The notes: generated from the sequence alone by a model not told the origin. A DNA stretch of 64,000 nucleotides from Rikenellaceae bacterium (GCA_017379895.1 JAFNVH010000078.1:142-64141); one strand, 5' to 3'; shown: positions 20,501 to 28,713, counted from the first letter of the stretch. Program-made: numbers and translations.

Positions 20501-21910
20501 ATGCTCACAAACACACAGGCATATAGCGATATATGGCAGAACTGCCTTTCGCAAATCCGAAAGCAGACCTCCGAGGAGGAGTTTGCGCGCTGGTTTGAGC
20601 CCATCGCGCTGCTCAACTTCGACGGTCAGACTCTCAGCCTGCGTGTCCCGAACGAAAGCTACGTCAAGCAGATCGAGCATAACTATATTCCTTTTATTAA
20701 GCCGATCATTGCTTCATTGTTCGGGCAACAAACCCGCGTGAGGTACGCGATACCCAAATCGGATCAGAGCATACCACTGTCAAAAAACAGTGATACGACC
20801 GCTATTTCGCAGTTCAAAACTCAAACCGACACTGCAAATATAAAGAATCCGTTTGTAATTCCGGGCCTCAAAAAGATTATTATTGATCCGCAGCTCAGTC
20901 CAAACTACACTTTTGACTCGTTTATCGAGGGCGAGTGTAACCGTTTGGCACGCTCAGCCGGTATGGCTGTGGCTGTCGATCCGGGCAACACACCGTTCAA
21001 TCCATTATATATATATGGTGACTCGGGACTCGGCAAGACCCACATCGTGCAGGCTATCGGACACGAAATACGTCAGCGACACCCGCAAATGCAGGTATTG
21101 TACGTATCGATGAATAAATTTATGGCACAGTATCAGACCGCTGTTCGCAACGGCGAGGTGCCCGATTTCATTCATTTCTACCAAATGGTGGATACGTTGA
21201 TCATTGACGACATTCAGGAGTTGGCAGGCAAGGCGGGAACGCAGACTGTATTTTTCAACATCTTCAACCACCTGCACCTCTCGGGTAAGCAGCTGATTTT
21301 CACATCAGATAAACCGCCCGTAGAGTTGAAGGATATCGAGGCTCGACTGCTCACTCGTTTCAAGTGGGGTCTGTCGGCGCAGCTCAATACGCCCGATCAT
21401 CTGACCAAGTTGAAGATCATTCGCAGCAAAGCAGCCAAGATGAACGCACAGCTCTCGGAGGAGGTTGTGGCATACTTAGCTGACAACATCAGCGCAAACG
21501 TACGCGAGATCGAGGGCGCACTGTCGTCACTCGTGGCTCACTCGTCGTACCTCGGCAAGAAGATCACCATTACGCTGACCAAAGAGGTTTTGAAGGCATA
21601 TATCAAACTATATCAGAAGGAGATTACGATCGACCATATTCAGCAGGTCGTTTGCCAATACCTCGATTTGGACGTCGAGCGCTTCAATTCGACCGAGCGC
21701 ACACGCGAGATCGCTCAGGCTCGCCAGATCGCAATGTATCTGAGCAAGCAGCACACCAAAGCACCTCTGACTCAGATCGGTGCAGCTATCGGCGGTCGCA
21801 ACCACGCAACTGTACTTCACTCGTGCAAGGCTGTTGCAAACCTGATGGAGACCGACAAGGCATTCCGTCATCAGGTCGAGGAGATCGAAAAGTTGGTTTT
21901 GGCAAAGTAG
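20501..21910 (+). CDS. dnaA: chromosomal replication initiator DnaA
   Basis: Contains the Walker A motif GDSGLGKTH, IDDIQ, the AAA+ sensor motifs, and the C-terminal DNA-binding domain (...IAMYLSKQHT...IGAAIGGRNHATVLH). Confidence 0.95.
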   Translation: MLTNTQAYSDIWQNCLSQIRKQTSEEEFARWFEPIALLNFDGQTLSLRVPNESYVKQIEHNYIPFIKPIIASLFGQQTRVRYAIPKSDQSIPLSKNSDTTAISQFKTQTDTANIKNPFVIPGLKKIIIDPQLSPNYTFDSFIEGECNRLARSAGMAVAVDPGNTPFNPLYIYGDSGLGKTHIVQAIGHEIRQRHPQMQVLYVSMNKFMAQYQTAVRNGEVPDFIHFYQMVDTLIIDDIQELAGKAGTQTVFFNIFNHLHLSGKQLIFTSDKPPVELKDIEARLLTRFKWGLSAQLNTPDHLTKLKIIRSKAAKMNAQLSEEVVAYLADNISANVREIEGALSSLVAHSSYLGKKITITLTKEVLKAYIKLYQKEITIDHIQQVVCQYLDLDVERFNSTERTREIAQARQIAMYLSKQHTKAPLTQIGAAIGGRNHATVLHSCKAVANLMETDKAFRHQVEEIEKLVLAK

Positions 21911-21936
21911 CCACCAACATACACTGCAAAAATTCA

Positions 21937-21972
21937 TAACCGCTACCTTTCTCGGGTGGCGGTTATTTTTTT
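21937..21972 (+). terminator. rho-independent terminator after dnaA
   Basis: An 11-bp stem, TAACCGCTACC / GGTGGCGGTTA (one G-U pair), is followed by TTTTTTT. Confidence 0.75.
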
Positions 21973-22087
21973 GCGATGAGAGGGGAGTGAGGTTCGTTTT
22001 TTGAAAAAAATCGGTGGCCGAATATTTGTTTTCACGATAAATTTTATTACTTTTACTTGTTAAAATTTCGTTAGAAACAAAATAACT

Positions 22088-22555
22088 ATGAGAAAGCTCA
22101 ATATTGGCGATAAAGCTCCTGCATTCGAGGTATTTACACAGAATGGCGACATCGTTACGCTCGACTCTTTGAAGAGCCGACGTGCAATTCTCTATTTCTA
22201 CCCGAAGGACAATACCTCGGGTTGCACTCTCGAAGCAAAAAGTATGCGTGACGGTAAGGCCGCGCTCGCCGAGGCCGGCTACGAGATTTATGGTATCAGC
22301 CCCGACAGCCAGAAGTCGCACCAGAATTTCTGCGCAAAGCACGAACTGAATTTCACGCTGTTGAGCGACACCGAAAAGACAATGGCCGAGGCGTTCGGCG
22401 TTTGGGTCGAGAAGAAGATGTACGGCCGCACCTATATGGGCATTCAGCGTACGACATTCATCATCGATGAAGAGGGCACGATCGAGCATATTTTCGAGAA
22501 GGTGGACACCAAGAACCACTACCAGCAGATTCTCGATTGGCACAACACGAAATAA
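22088..22555 (+). CDS. bcp: thioredoxin-dependent thiol peroxidase (Bcp-type peroxiredoxin)
   Basis: Contains the peroxidatic Cys in FYPKDNTSGCT. The product is 155 aa. Confidence 0.85.
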   Translation: MRKLNIGDKAPAFEVFTQNGDIVTLDSLKSRRAILYFYPKDNTSGCTLEAKSMRDGKAALAEAGYEIYGISPDSQKSHQNFCAKHELNFTLLSDTEKTMAEAFGVWVEKKMYGRTYMGIQRTTFIIDEEGTIEHIFEKVDTKNHYQQILDWHNTK

Positions 22556-22579
22556 ATAATTAAAAAAATATACAGAACT

Positions 22580-23620
22580 ATGGCAGAAAAGACTCAGCCC
22601 GAGGTTCAGACTAAACCTCAGGTAAACCCCGAAAAATTGAAGGTGCTCAGCGCCGTAATGGATAAAATCGAAAAGGATTTCGGCAAAGGCTCGATCATGA
22701 AGATGAGCAGCCAGGCGGTTGGCGATATCGCAGTCATTCCATCGGGCTCGGTAACCCTCGACGCTGCTTTGGGCGTAGGCGGTTATCCCAAAGGCCGCGT
22801 GATCGAAATCTATGGCCCCGAGTCGTCAGGTAAGACTACTTTGGCTATTCACGCTATTGCCGAGGCACAGAAGGCTGGCGGCATTGCCGCTTTCATCGAT
22901 GCAGAGCACGCATTCGACAGCTACTATGCTCAGAAATTGGGCGTAGATGTTGACAATCTGCTCATTTCGCAGCCCGACAACGGCGAGCAGGCTCTCGAAA
23001 TTGCCGACTCATTGATTCGTTCGAGCGCGATCGACATCATCGTAATCGACTCTGTGGCAGCACTTACGCCCAAAGCCGAGATCGAAGGCGAGATGGGCGA
23101 CTCGAAGATGGGCTTGCAGGCTCGACTGATGTCGCAGGCACTGCGCAAACTCACCGCAAGCATCGCTAAAACCAAGACCGTTTGTATCTTCATCAACCAG
23201 CTGCGCGATAAGATCGGCGTGATCTACGGCAATCCCGAGACTACTACGGGTGGTAACGCACTGAAATTCTACGCCAGCGTGCGTATCGATATCCGCAAGG
23301 CGAGCGTCATCAAGGACGGCGACGAGCAGTTGGGTACCCGCGTGCGCGTGAAGGTGGTTAAGAACAAGGTGGCTCCTCCGTTCCGCAAGGCAGAGTTCGA
23401 CATTATGTTCGGCGAGGGCATCTCGAAGATTGGCGAGGTTCTCGACCTGGGTGTTGATCTGGGCGTGATCAAGAAGTCAGGCTCGTGGTTCTCGTATGGC
23501 GATCGCAAGCTCGGCCAGGGCCGCGACGCCGTTAAAGATCTGCTGATCAACGACCTTGAGCTGCAAGCCGAGATCGAGGCTAAGGTGCGCGAGGCTATGA
23601 AAGCTGCTAAGGATAACTAA
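22580..23620 (+). CDS. recA: recombinase RecA
   Basis: Contains the Walker A motif GPESSGKTT, the L1/L2 regions, and [11 protein letters not shown]. Confidence 0.97.
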   Translation: MAEKTQPEVQTKPQVNPEKLKVLSAVMDKIEKDFGKGSIMKMSSQAVGDIAVIPSGSVTLDAALGVGGYPKGRVIEIYGPESSGKTTLAIHAIAEAQKAGGIAAFIDAEHAFDSYYAQKLGVDVDNLLISQPDNGEQALEIADSLIRSSAIDIIVIDSVAALTPKAEIEGEMGDSKMGLQARLMSQALRKLTASIAKTKTVCIFINQLRDKIGVIYGNPETTTGGNALKFYASVRIDIRKASVIKDGDEQLGTRVRVKVVKNKVAPPFRKAEFDIMFGEGISKIGEVLDLGVDLGVIKKSGSWFSYGDRKLGQGRDAVKDLLINDLELQAEIEAKVREAMKAAKDN

Positions 23621-23648
23621 TACAACAAATTAACAACCACGTCGTCCT

Positions 23649-25886
23649 ATGAATTACACTCCGGAAGACGAAATTCTCATTCAAGAGAAGTATGAAGATT
23701 TGATGGCCTCGTGCGAAAAAATCTATCGCAAAGAGGCTGATCGCGGGTTTATCAAAAAGGCTTTCTTCCTGGCGAAGGAGGCCCATAAAGGTGTGCGCCG
23801 TCGCTCGGGTGAGCCATACCTATTGCACCCGATTGCCGTTGCCAAAATCGCAGTTGACGAGATTGGCCTAGGCGTAAAATCGGTCGTAGCGGCACTGCTG
23901 CACGACGTGGTTGAAGATACCGAATACACGGTCGAGGATATCACCAATATGTTTGGTCAGAAGATCGCTACGATGGTGGACGGTCTGACCAAAATGTCGG
24001 GTGTATTCAACACCGAAACCTCAGAGCAGGCGGAAAATTTCCGCAAAGTTTTGCTCACACTATCGGACGATGTGCGCGTGATTTTGATCAAAATCGCTGA
24101 CCGTCTTCACAATATGCGTACTTTGGGAGCAATGCCAATCAACAAGCAGATTAAGATCACGAGCGAAACGATCTATCTGTTTGCACCATTGGCTCATCGA
24201 CTCGGACTCTACTCGATCAAGACCGAGTTGGAGGATTTGTGTATGATGTATCGCTTCCCCGATCAGTACCGCGAAATATCTGAAAAACTGAACAAAACAA
24301 AGGTTCAGCTAAATGAATATATCACTCGCTTCAATGCTCCGATTATCGAAACTTTGAAGCGAAATGGCATCGATTTCGAAATCTCGGGCCGCATCAAGAG
24401 CATCTATTCGATATGGTCAAAGATGCAGCGCAAGCAGATCCCGTTCGAGGAGGTGTACGATCTGTTCGCCATTCGAGTGGTGTTCAAGCCGTTGCCATTC
24501 CCCTCGGAGAAGACTCAATGCTGGCAGATATATTCTTCGATTACAGACATCTACACCCCCAAACCCGAGCGTCTGCGCGATTGGATAAGTATGCCCAAAG
24601 CCAATGGCTACGAGGCATTGCATTCGACCGTAATGGGTCCTGCGGGAGAGTGGGTAGAGGTCCAGATTCGCACCCAACGAATGGAGGACATCGCCGAGCG
24701 CGGTTTTGCGGCCCATTGGAAGTACAAGCACGCTACAATTTCACAGAACGAGGACGAGTTCGATAAGTGGTTAAAGAAGATTCGCGAGGCATTAAACTCT
24801 CCAACCGAGAGCGCGGTGGACTTCTTGGACAACTTCAAGTTATCACTGTATACATCTGAGATTGTTACATTTACACCCAAAGGCGAGGCGCGAACAATGC
24901 CCGTTGGAGCTACCGCTCTTGACTTCGCTTACGATATTCACTCGAAGATCGGACACAAAGCGATTGGTGCCAAAATCAACCACGTAATCAAGCCCATCTT
25001 CACCGAAATCAACAGTGGCGACCAGATCGAAATCATCACTTCGGACAGCATTCACCCGAAGCCCGAATGGCTCGATCACGTAACAACCACCAAGGCTAAA
25101 CAATCAATCAAGAACTACCTTAAAAAGGATCGCCAAAACAACATAACACGCGGTATGCAGGCCTTCGAGGATCGCTTGAAGGAGATGGGTATCACCCCAA
25201 GCCGACGCGTTTTCGTCAAGGTATTGCCTGCCTACGACTGCACGAATAAGGACGAATTTTACAGCAAATTGGGCGCTGGCATTCTCAACCTCGACAATCT
25301 CGAGAAGATCCTGCGCCAGAACTCAGCACGTAAAATACTGAAATTCTGGTCATTATTCCTCGACGAAGAGGGAGAAGTTGACGACGAAAACACCGAGAAC
25401 AGCGACGCACAGAATAATGGTGGCAAGAAATTGGTCGTTGGCGCCGAGACCGACATTGAACCCCAATTCGTGATTGCCGAATGTTGCAAACCAATTCCTG
25501 GCGATCAGGTTGTGGGTTACCGCGATCCCGAAACAGGTCGCATCTTCGTTCACAAGAGCACCTGCGACGAATTAACTCGCTTAGGTGCTCAATACGGCAA
25601 AAACATTGTAAAAGAGGAGATTAAATGGTCACAACACAAGGCCGTTTCGTACCTCTCGTCAATCGAATTGCGCGGAATCGACCGTATTGGCATTATTTTG
25701 GACCTTGCACAGCTCATTAAGGATGAGTTTAATATCAACATTCGCGAGATCCATATTCAGAGCCACGACGGCATCTTCGAAGGTACCATTAGTCTATACG
25801 TAAGACACATACAGGACCTCAATAACCTGATGGACAAAATACGTATGATCAAAGGCATAGAGGTCGTAAAACGCAACTTAAACTAA
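23649..25886 (+). CDS. bifunctional (p)ppGpp synthetase/hydrolase, RelA/SpoT family
   Basis: Has an HD hydrolase domain (HPIAV...HDVVEDT), a synthetase domain (RIKSIYSIWSKM..., ALHSTV) and C-terminal TGS and ACT regions. The product is 745 aa. Confidence 0.9.
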   Translation: MNYTPEDEILIQEKYEDLMASCEKIYRKEADRGFIKKAFFLAKEAHKGVRRRSGEPYLLHPIAVAKIAVDEIGLGVKSVVAALLHDVVEDTEYTVEDITNMFGQKIATMVDGLTKMSGVFNTETSEQAENFRKVLLTLSDDVRVILIKIADRLHNMRTLGAMPINKQIKITSETIYLFAPLAHRLGLYSIKTELEDLCMMYRFPDQYREISEKLNKTKVQLNEYITRFNAPIIETLKRNGIDFEISGRIKSIYSIWSKMQRKQIPFEEVYDLFAIRVVFKPLPFPSEKTQCWQIYSSITDIYTPKPERLRDWISMPKANGYEALHSTVMGPAGEWVEVQIRTQRMEDIAERGFAAHWKYKHATISQNEDEFDKWLKKIREALNSPTESAVDFLDNFKLSLYTSEIVTFTPKGEARTMPVGATALDFAYDIHSKIGHKAIGAKINHVIKPIFTEINSGDQIEIITSDSIHPKPEWLDHVTTTKAKQSIKNYLKKDRQNNITRGMQAFEDRLKEMGITPSRRVFVKVLPAYDCTNKDEFYSKLGAGILNLDNLEKILRQNSARKILKFWSLFLDEEGEVDDENTENSDAQNNGGKKLVVGAETDIEPQFVIAECCKPIPGDQVVGYRDPETGRIFVHKSTCDELTRLGAQYGKNIVKEEIKWSQHKAVSYLSSIELRGIDRIGIILDLAQLIKDEFNINIREIHIQSHDGIFEGTISLYVRHIQDLNNLMDKIRMIKGIEVVKRNLN

Positions 25887-25893
25887 CAACGCT

Positions 25894-26376
25894 ATGGAGC
25901 CCTCTACTATATTCGCCATTGCAGCAGGTGCGATAATCATATTCGGGCGCATCATCAATCGCATTGTCGAACGAAGCAATATCAGCACCGACAACACTGC
26001 ACAAGACCTCGAGTTGCAAGATGAGCTCGATGACGAAAGAGCGCTCCCTACGCACCAAAACAGAAGCGAGGAAGACTCTCTCACAGGCTCGATATTGGCT
26101 CAATTCTTAGCCGGAAAGCACTACAACGAGATGAACAGCGAAAGCACACAAACAGTATTTACGCAACGCATAAGCTCCCAGAAATTCGCTTCAAGTTCAA
26201 ACGCTACGCCAAAGCAAAAGATCAATAAAACGCAAACAAAAGCCCAGACTCAGGAGCAGATTACAGAGTGCAGCGTTGCCGACGATGAAACGCTAACGTC
26301 TGAGATCCTAGAAGATTTTGACCTGAAAAAGGCCGTGATATTATCGGAAATACTCAAACCAAAATTCGACGAATAG
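25894..26376 (+). CDS. hypothetical membrane-anchored low-complexity protein
   Basis: Has an N-terminal hydrophobic helix followed by an acidic, Q/T/S-rich stretch. It lies 8 nt downstream of the relA/spoT stop. I recognise no family. Confidence 0.4.
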   Translation: MEPSTIFAIAAGAIIIFGRIINRIVERSNISTDNTAQDLELQDELDDERALPTHQNRSEEDSLTGSILAQFLAGKHYNEMNSESTQTVFTQRISSQKFASSSNATPKQKINKTQTKAQTQEQITECSVADDETLTSEILEDFDLKKAVILSEILKPKFDE

Positions 26377-26396
26377 AACAATAAAATTAAAGATAT

Positions 26397-26783
26397 ATGG
26401 CAACAATTTTTACTCGCATAATTAACGGCGAGATCCCCAGCTACAAGGTAGCCGAGGACGAAAACTTTTACGCGTTCCTTGACATCAATCCGCTAATGAA
26501 AGGCCACACTTTGGTCGTTCCTAAGCAGGAGGTTGACTACCTGTTTGACCTTGATGACAACATCTTACAGAAGATGACCATATTCGCAAAGAGGGTAGCA
26601 GCACAAATTAAATGTAAAATAGAGTGTAAAAAGGTAGCAATGATTGTTCTTGGCCTCGAAGTTCCCCACGCACACATCCATTTAATCCCCATGAACACCG
26701 AATCTGACGTTGATTTCCGCAAGGAAAAGCTCAATTTGACTCCAGAAGAGTTTGCTCAAATCGCAAAGGAGCTCAGCGAATAG
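26397..26783 (+). CDS. HIT-family (histidine triad) protein
   Basis: Contains the histidine triad HAHIHLIP. The product is 128 aa. Confidence 0.85.
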   Translation: MATIFTRIINGEIPSYKVAEDENFYAFLDINPLMKGHTLVVPKQEVDYLFDLDDNILQKMTIFAKRVAAQIKCKIECKKVAMIVLGLEVPHAHIHLIPMNTESDVDFRKEKLNLTPEEFAQIAKELSE

Positions 26784-26817
26784 AGCAGAGTAGAGTCAGC
26801 ATAAAGTACACAAAATC

Positions 26818-26850
26818 AAACGAGTAGCAATGTTTATTGCTACTCGTTTT
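26818..26850 (+). terminator. rho-independent terminator after the HIT gene
   Basis: A 13-bp perfect stem, AAACGAGTAGCAA / TTGCTACTCGTTT, merges into a T-run. The islet's left direct repeat begins 3 nt later. Confidence 0.8.
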
Positions 26851-26852
26851 AC

Positions 26853-26872
26853 TTTATTTAACATAATATAGT
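26853..26872. repeat. left direct repeat TTTATTTAACATAATATAGT (bottom strand carries TTATGTTAAAT)
   Basis: Read directly. ATTTAACATAA at 26856-26866 is the reverse complement of TTATGTTAAAT, the XerD arm of E. coli dif (GGTGCGCATAA-TGTATA-TTATGTTAAAT). Confidence 0.85.
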
Positions 26873-27373
26873 TTTCAACAAAAATACACACAATCACAAG
26901 TCTAATAACAATAAAATTTAAGGCGAAAAAGAAGTAGAGTGGGGTATAATTACAAATGTAACCATACTAAATAAGTGTATTGATTACTTTTGTAAACCCA
27001 AATCATTGTTAATTATTTACTTTTGTGATGATGCGGGTATTTCGCAACAGGTCCCGCCAAAACCATCATTAAGCACCCAGACACAAAGTTAAACGCTTGA
27101 AATATCACAATACATCATCGCTAATAATCAATGATTTACGAAATTTATATAAATTAAAAGATGGCTAATATGCAAGTTCTGCAACATAACGAAAAGTTTT
27201 ACATACATTGGGAGAAGATCATACACAAAAGTTGAGAATAATCAGTTATTTAGGCATTATTACATAAAGTAATGAATAATGCGCATAAAAACTAACGATG
27301 CCGTGCGGTATATTATATTTACACCTGTAAACACTTTGTTAACAATTAACATATTTACAAATTTAACATTTGG

Positions 27374-27405
27374 TTTGTTTCACAAATAAAAAATGTTTAT
27401 ATTTG
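27374..27405 (+). promoter_or_regulatory. Bacteroidota-type promoter of the HTH gene with an overlapping inverted repeat
   Basis: TTTG at 27374-27377 is separated by a 20-nt spacer from TATATTTG at 27398-27405, matching the TAnnTTTG -7 consensus. The inverted repeat CACAAAT (27381-27387) / ATTTGTG (27401-27407) overlaps the -7 box. The ATG is at 27421. Confidence 0.6.
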
Positions 27406-27420
27406 TGAAAAATTGTGTTT

Positions 27421-27882
27421 ATGCGAGAAAAACTACTAAAATTGATGAAGAGCGAAAAACTCTCATCAAGCCGTTTGGCAGAAATGCTCGAAATTCAGCC
27501 ATCGAGTATCTCTCATATTCTCTCAGGAAGAAATAAACCCAGCTTCGATTTTCTGGTTAAGATTCTGCGTCGTTTCCCGACACTGAATCCTGATTGGCTA
27601 TTGCTCGATGCTGAGCAGATGTATCGTTCGAGCGACAACCTGGAACAGCGACTTGGCAACACCAACCACAAAGAGTCGCAGTCACAACACAACGCGACTC
27701 CAAGTGCGGATCAGCTGTCGAGCAGCCGTGAACAGTCGACCGAACAGCCAAAAGAAAATTCGACGAATCGACCAATGCAAAACATTGGGAATTTGCCCGT
27801 GCAGTCAAAACCCAATGCAGACATTGAACGTGTAATTGTTCTTTACTCCGACAAATCATTCGAGGCATTTTATCTCAAATAA
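27421..27882 (+). CDS. XRE-type helix-turn-helix transcriptional regulator
   Basis: MREKLLKLMKSEKLSSSRLAEMLEIQPSSISHILSGRNKPSFDFLVKILRRFPTLNPDWLL is the common Bacteroidota HTH_XRE pattern. It is followed by a Q/S-rich linker and a short C-terminal segment. The track's start at 27415 is a GTG; I prefer the ATG at 27421, given the promoter position. Confidence 0.7.
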   Translation: MREKLLKLMKSEKLSSSRLAEMLEIQPSSISHILSGRNKPSFDFLVKILRRFPTLNPDWLLLDAEQMYRSSDNLEQRLGNTNHKESQSQHNATPSADQLSSSREQSTEQPKENSTNRPMQNIGNLPVQSKPNADIERVIVLYSDKSFEAFYLK

Positions 27883-28077
27883 TGCCCAAACACATTACGC
27901 GGAATAATATATATATACAAATAAATAGGTGTATTTTTTGTAGATATAGGCGAATTTTTTTTGCGACAGAGGAGAGGACGGGTCGACAAATGTAAACGGA
28001 AAGCGACACCTAATTACAACAATTAACACGTATTTCACAAGTGAAAACACTCCAAGGACGGTTAAATATTTGAATTA

Positions 28078-28486
28078 AGGCGGCGCAGACCTCAACGGTA
28101 CGGGGTTTGCGCTGTTCAATTATTGGACCTACCAAACGGCAAAAATAGGTAGACGCGGGTGCGAGGGCGTTTACGCCCGAGCGCGTGGGCGGCGAGAGCC
28201 GCCGTCGGCAAGGAGGCGGGCACAACCCGCCGACGCGCAGCGCGAGGGACGGAGCAAGCAGGGCGCAGCGCGCGCAGCGACGCCGCGGAGCGATAGCGAC
28301 GCCCCGAGCGCGGAGCGTATGCCGACACACGGCGGGCGGCGGGGGCGAGCGCGGAGCGCGGCGCAACGCCGCAGAAAAAAACCCCGCGCCCGCCCCGAGA
28401 AACGAGGCGCAGCGAGGGGCTGCATATACTCGACCGATGCGCTGCCCGCGCTTTGAAATCCTGCGCGGGCGAGCGACGGGCGCAAA
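28078..28486. other. non-coding GC-rich hairpin cluster (function unknown: structured RNA, ssDNA origin or packaging signal, or a REP/BIME-like array)
   Basis: My hand count over 28151-28420 gives 208/270 G+C (~77%), with A=53, T=9, G=117 and C=91 on the + strand. The hairpins I read are:
- GGGCG-TTTA-CGCCC (28165-28178)
- GGCGGC-GAGA-GCCGCC (28188-28203)
- GGCGGG-CACAA-CCCGCC (28215-28231)
- GCCG-ACACA-CGGC (28321-28333)
- GCGGCG-CAA-CGCCGC (28358-28372)
- a long imperfect hairpin at 28382-28419
- GCCCGCGC-11nt-GCGCGGGC (28444-28470)
- GCGCAGACC / GGTTTGCGC (28083-28112)
The 12-mer GAGCGCGGAGCG occurs twice (28306-28317 and 28347-28358), and AGCGACGCC also occurs twice. Confidence 0.6.
28375..28419 (-). 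terminator. possible rho-independent terminator of the 274-aa/74-aa operon
   Basis: On the - strand an imperfect GC hairpin (28419 to 28382) is followed by T7 (28381 to 28375). It lies about 70 nt downstream of the 74-aa stop. Confidence 0.45.
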
Positions 28487-28711
28487 CTATTTGACGGGGA
28501 CGCAATAGGTCACACGCTGTTCGAGCGGGGTCAATTCATCGAATTCGATTGGGTCGATAGTCGAGAGGTCTATTACGGTTGAGGTCGAGCGTCCGAGGCA
28601 TTTCATTTCGGGGAAATATGAAACCGCCATACCGTCGCAAATACGTATAGGCGCATTTTGCAGACCGTTAGCGACGGCATAATTATACAACATTTTGGGA
28701 GTTATTAACAT
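28487..28711 (-). CDS. hypothetical protein (74 aa), translationally coupled to the upstream ORF
   Basis: The ATG at 28711 lies 2 nt after the TAA (28716-28714) of the 274-aa ORF. I recognise no family. Sequence: MLITPKMLYNYAVANGLQNAPIRICDGMAVSYFPEMKCLGRSTSTVIDLSTIDPIEFDELTPLEQRVTYCVPVK. Confidence 0.45.
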   Translation of the reverse strand: MLITPKMLYNYAVANGLQNAPIRICDGMAVSYFPEMKCLGRSTSTVIDLSTIDPIEFDELTPLEQRVTYCVPVK

Positions 28712-28713
28712 AG

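Noticed and set aside
28078-28486. The GC-rich block as a known RNA class (RNase P, tmRNA, 6S, group II intron domain V, riboswitch) or a CRISPR array.
   Set aside because: None of the signatures I checked is present:
- no GAGGAAAGUCC P4 sequence for RNase P
- no tRNA-like ends or tag ORF for tmRNA
- no domain V consensus for a group II intron
- no regular repeat-spacer periodicity for CRISPR; only two 12-mers and two 9-mers recur, at irregular spacing.
28143-28500. Apparent mirror-repeat similarity between the two ends of the GC block (ACGCGGGTGCGAGGGCG versus the reverse of GCGGGCGAGCGACGGGCGCA).
   Set aside because: Low-complexity GC-only sequence produces such matches easily. It is neither a true inverted repeat nor a purine-only mirror repeat, so there are no MITE-like terminal inverted repeats and no H-DNA argument.
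28010-28508. Four overlapping ORFs of 104-129 aa on both strands in the GC-rich block (28010..28366 -, 28116..28505 -, 28171..28485 -, 28185..28508 +), giving Arg/Ala/Gly-rich products.
   Set aside because: Four reading frames are open across the same ~350 bp. That is the expected result of stop-codon depletion at ~77% GC. The products are low-complexity, with no recognisable domain and no start-site context. The idea of a basic ssDNA-virus J/VP8-like protein cannot be supported from sequence alone.
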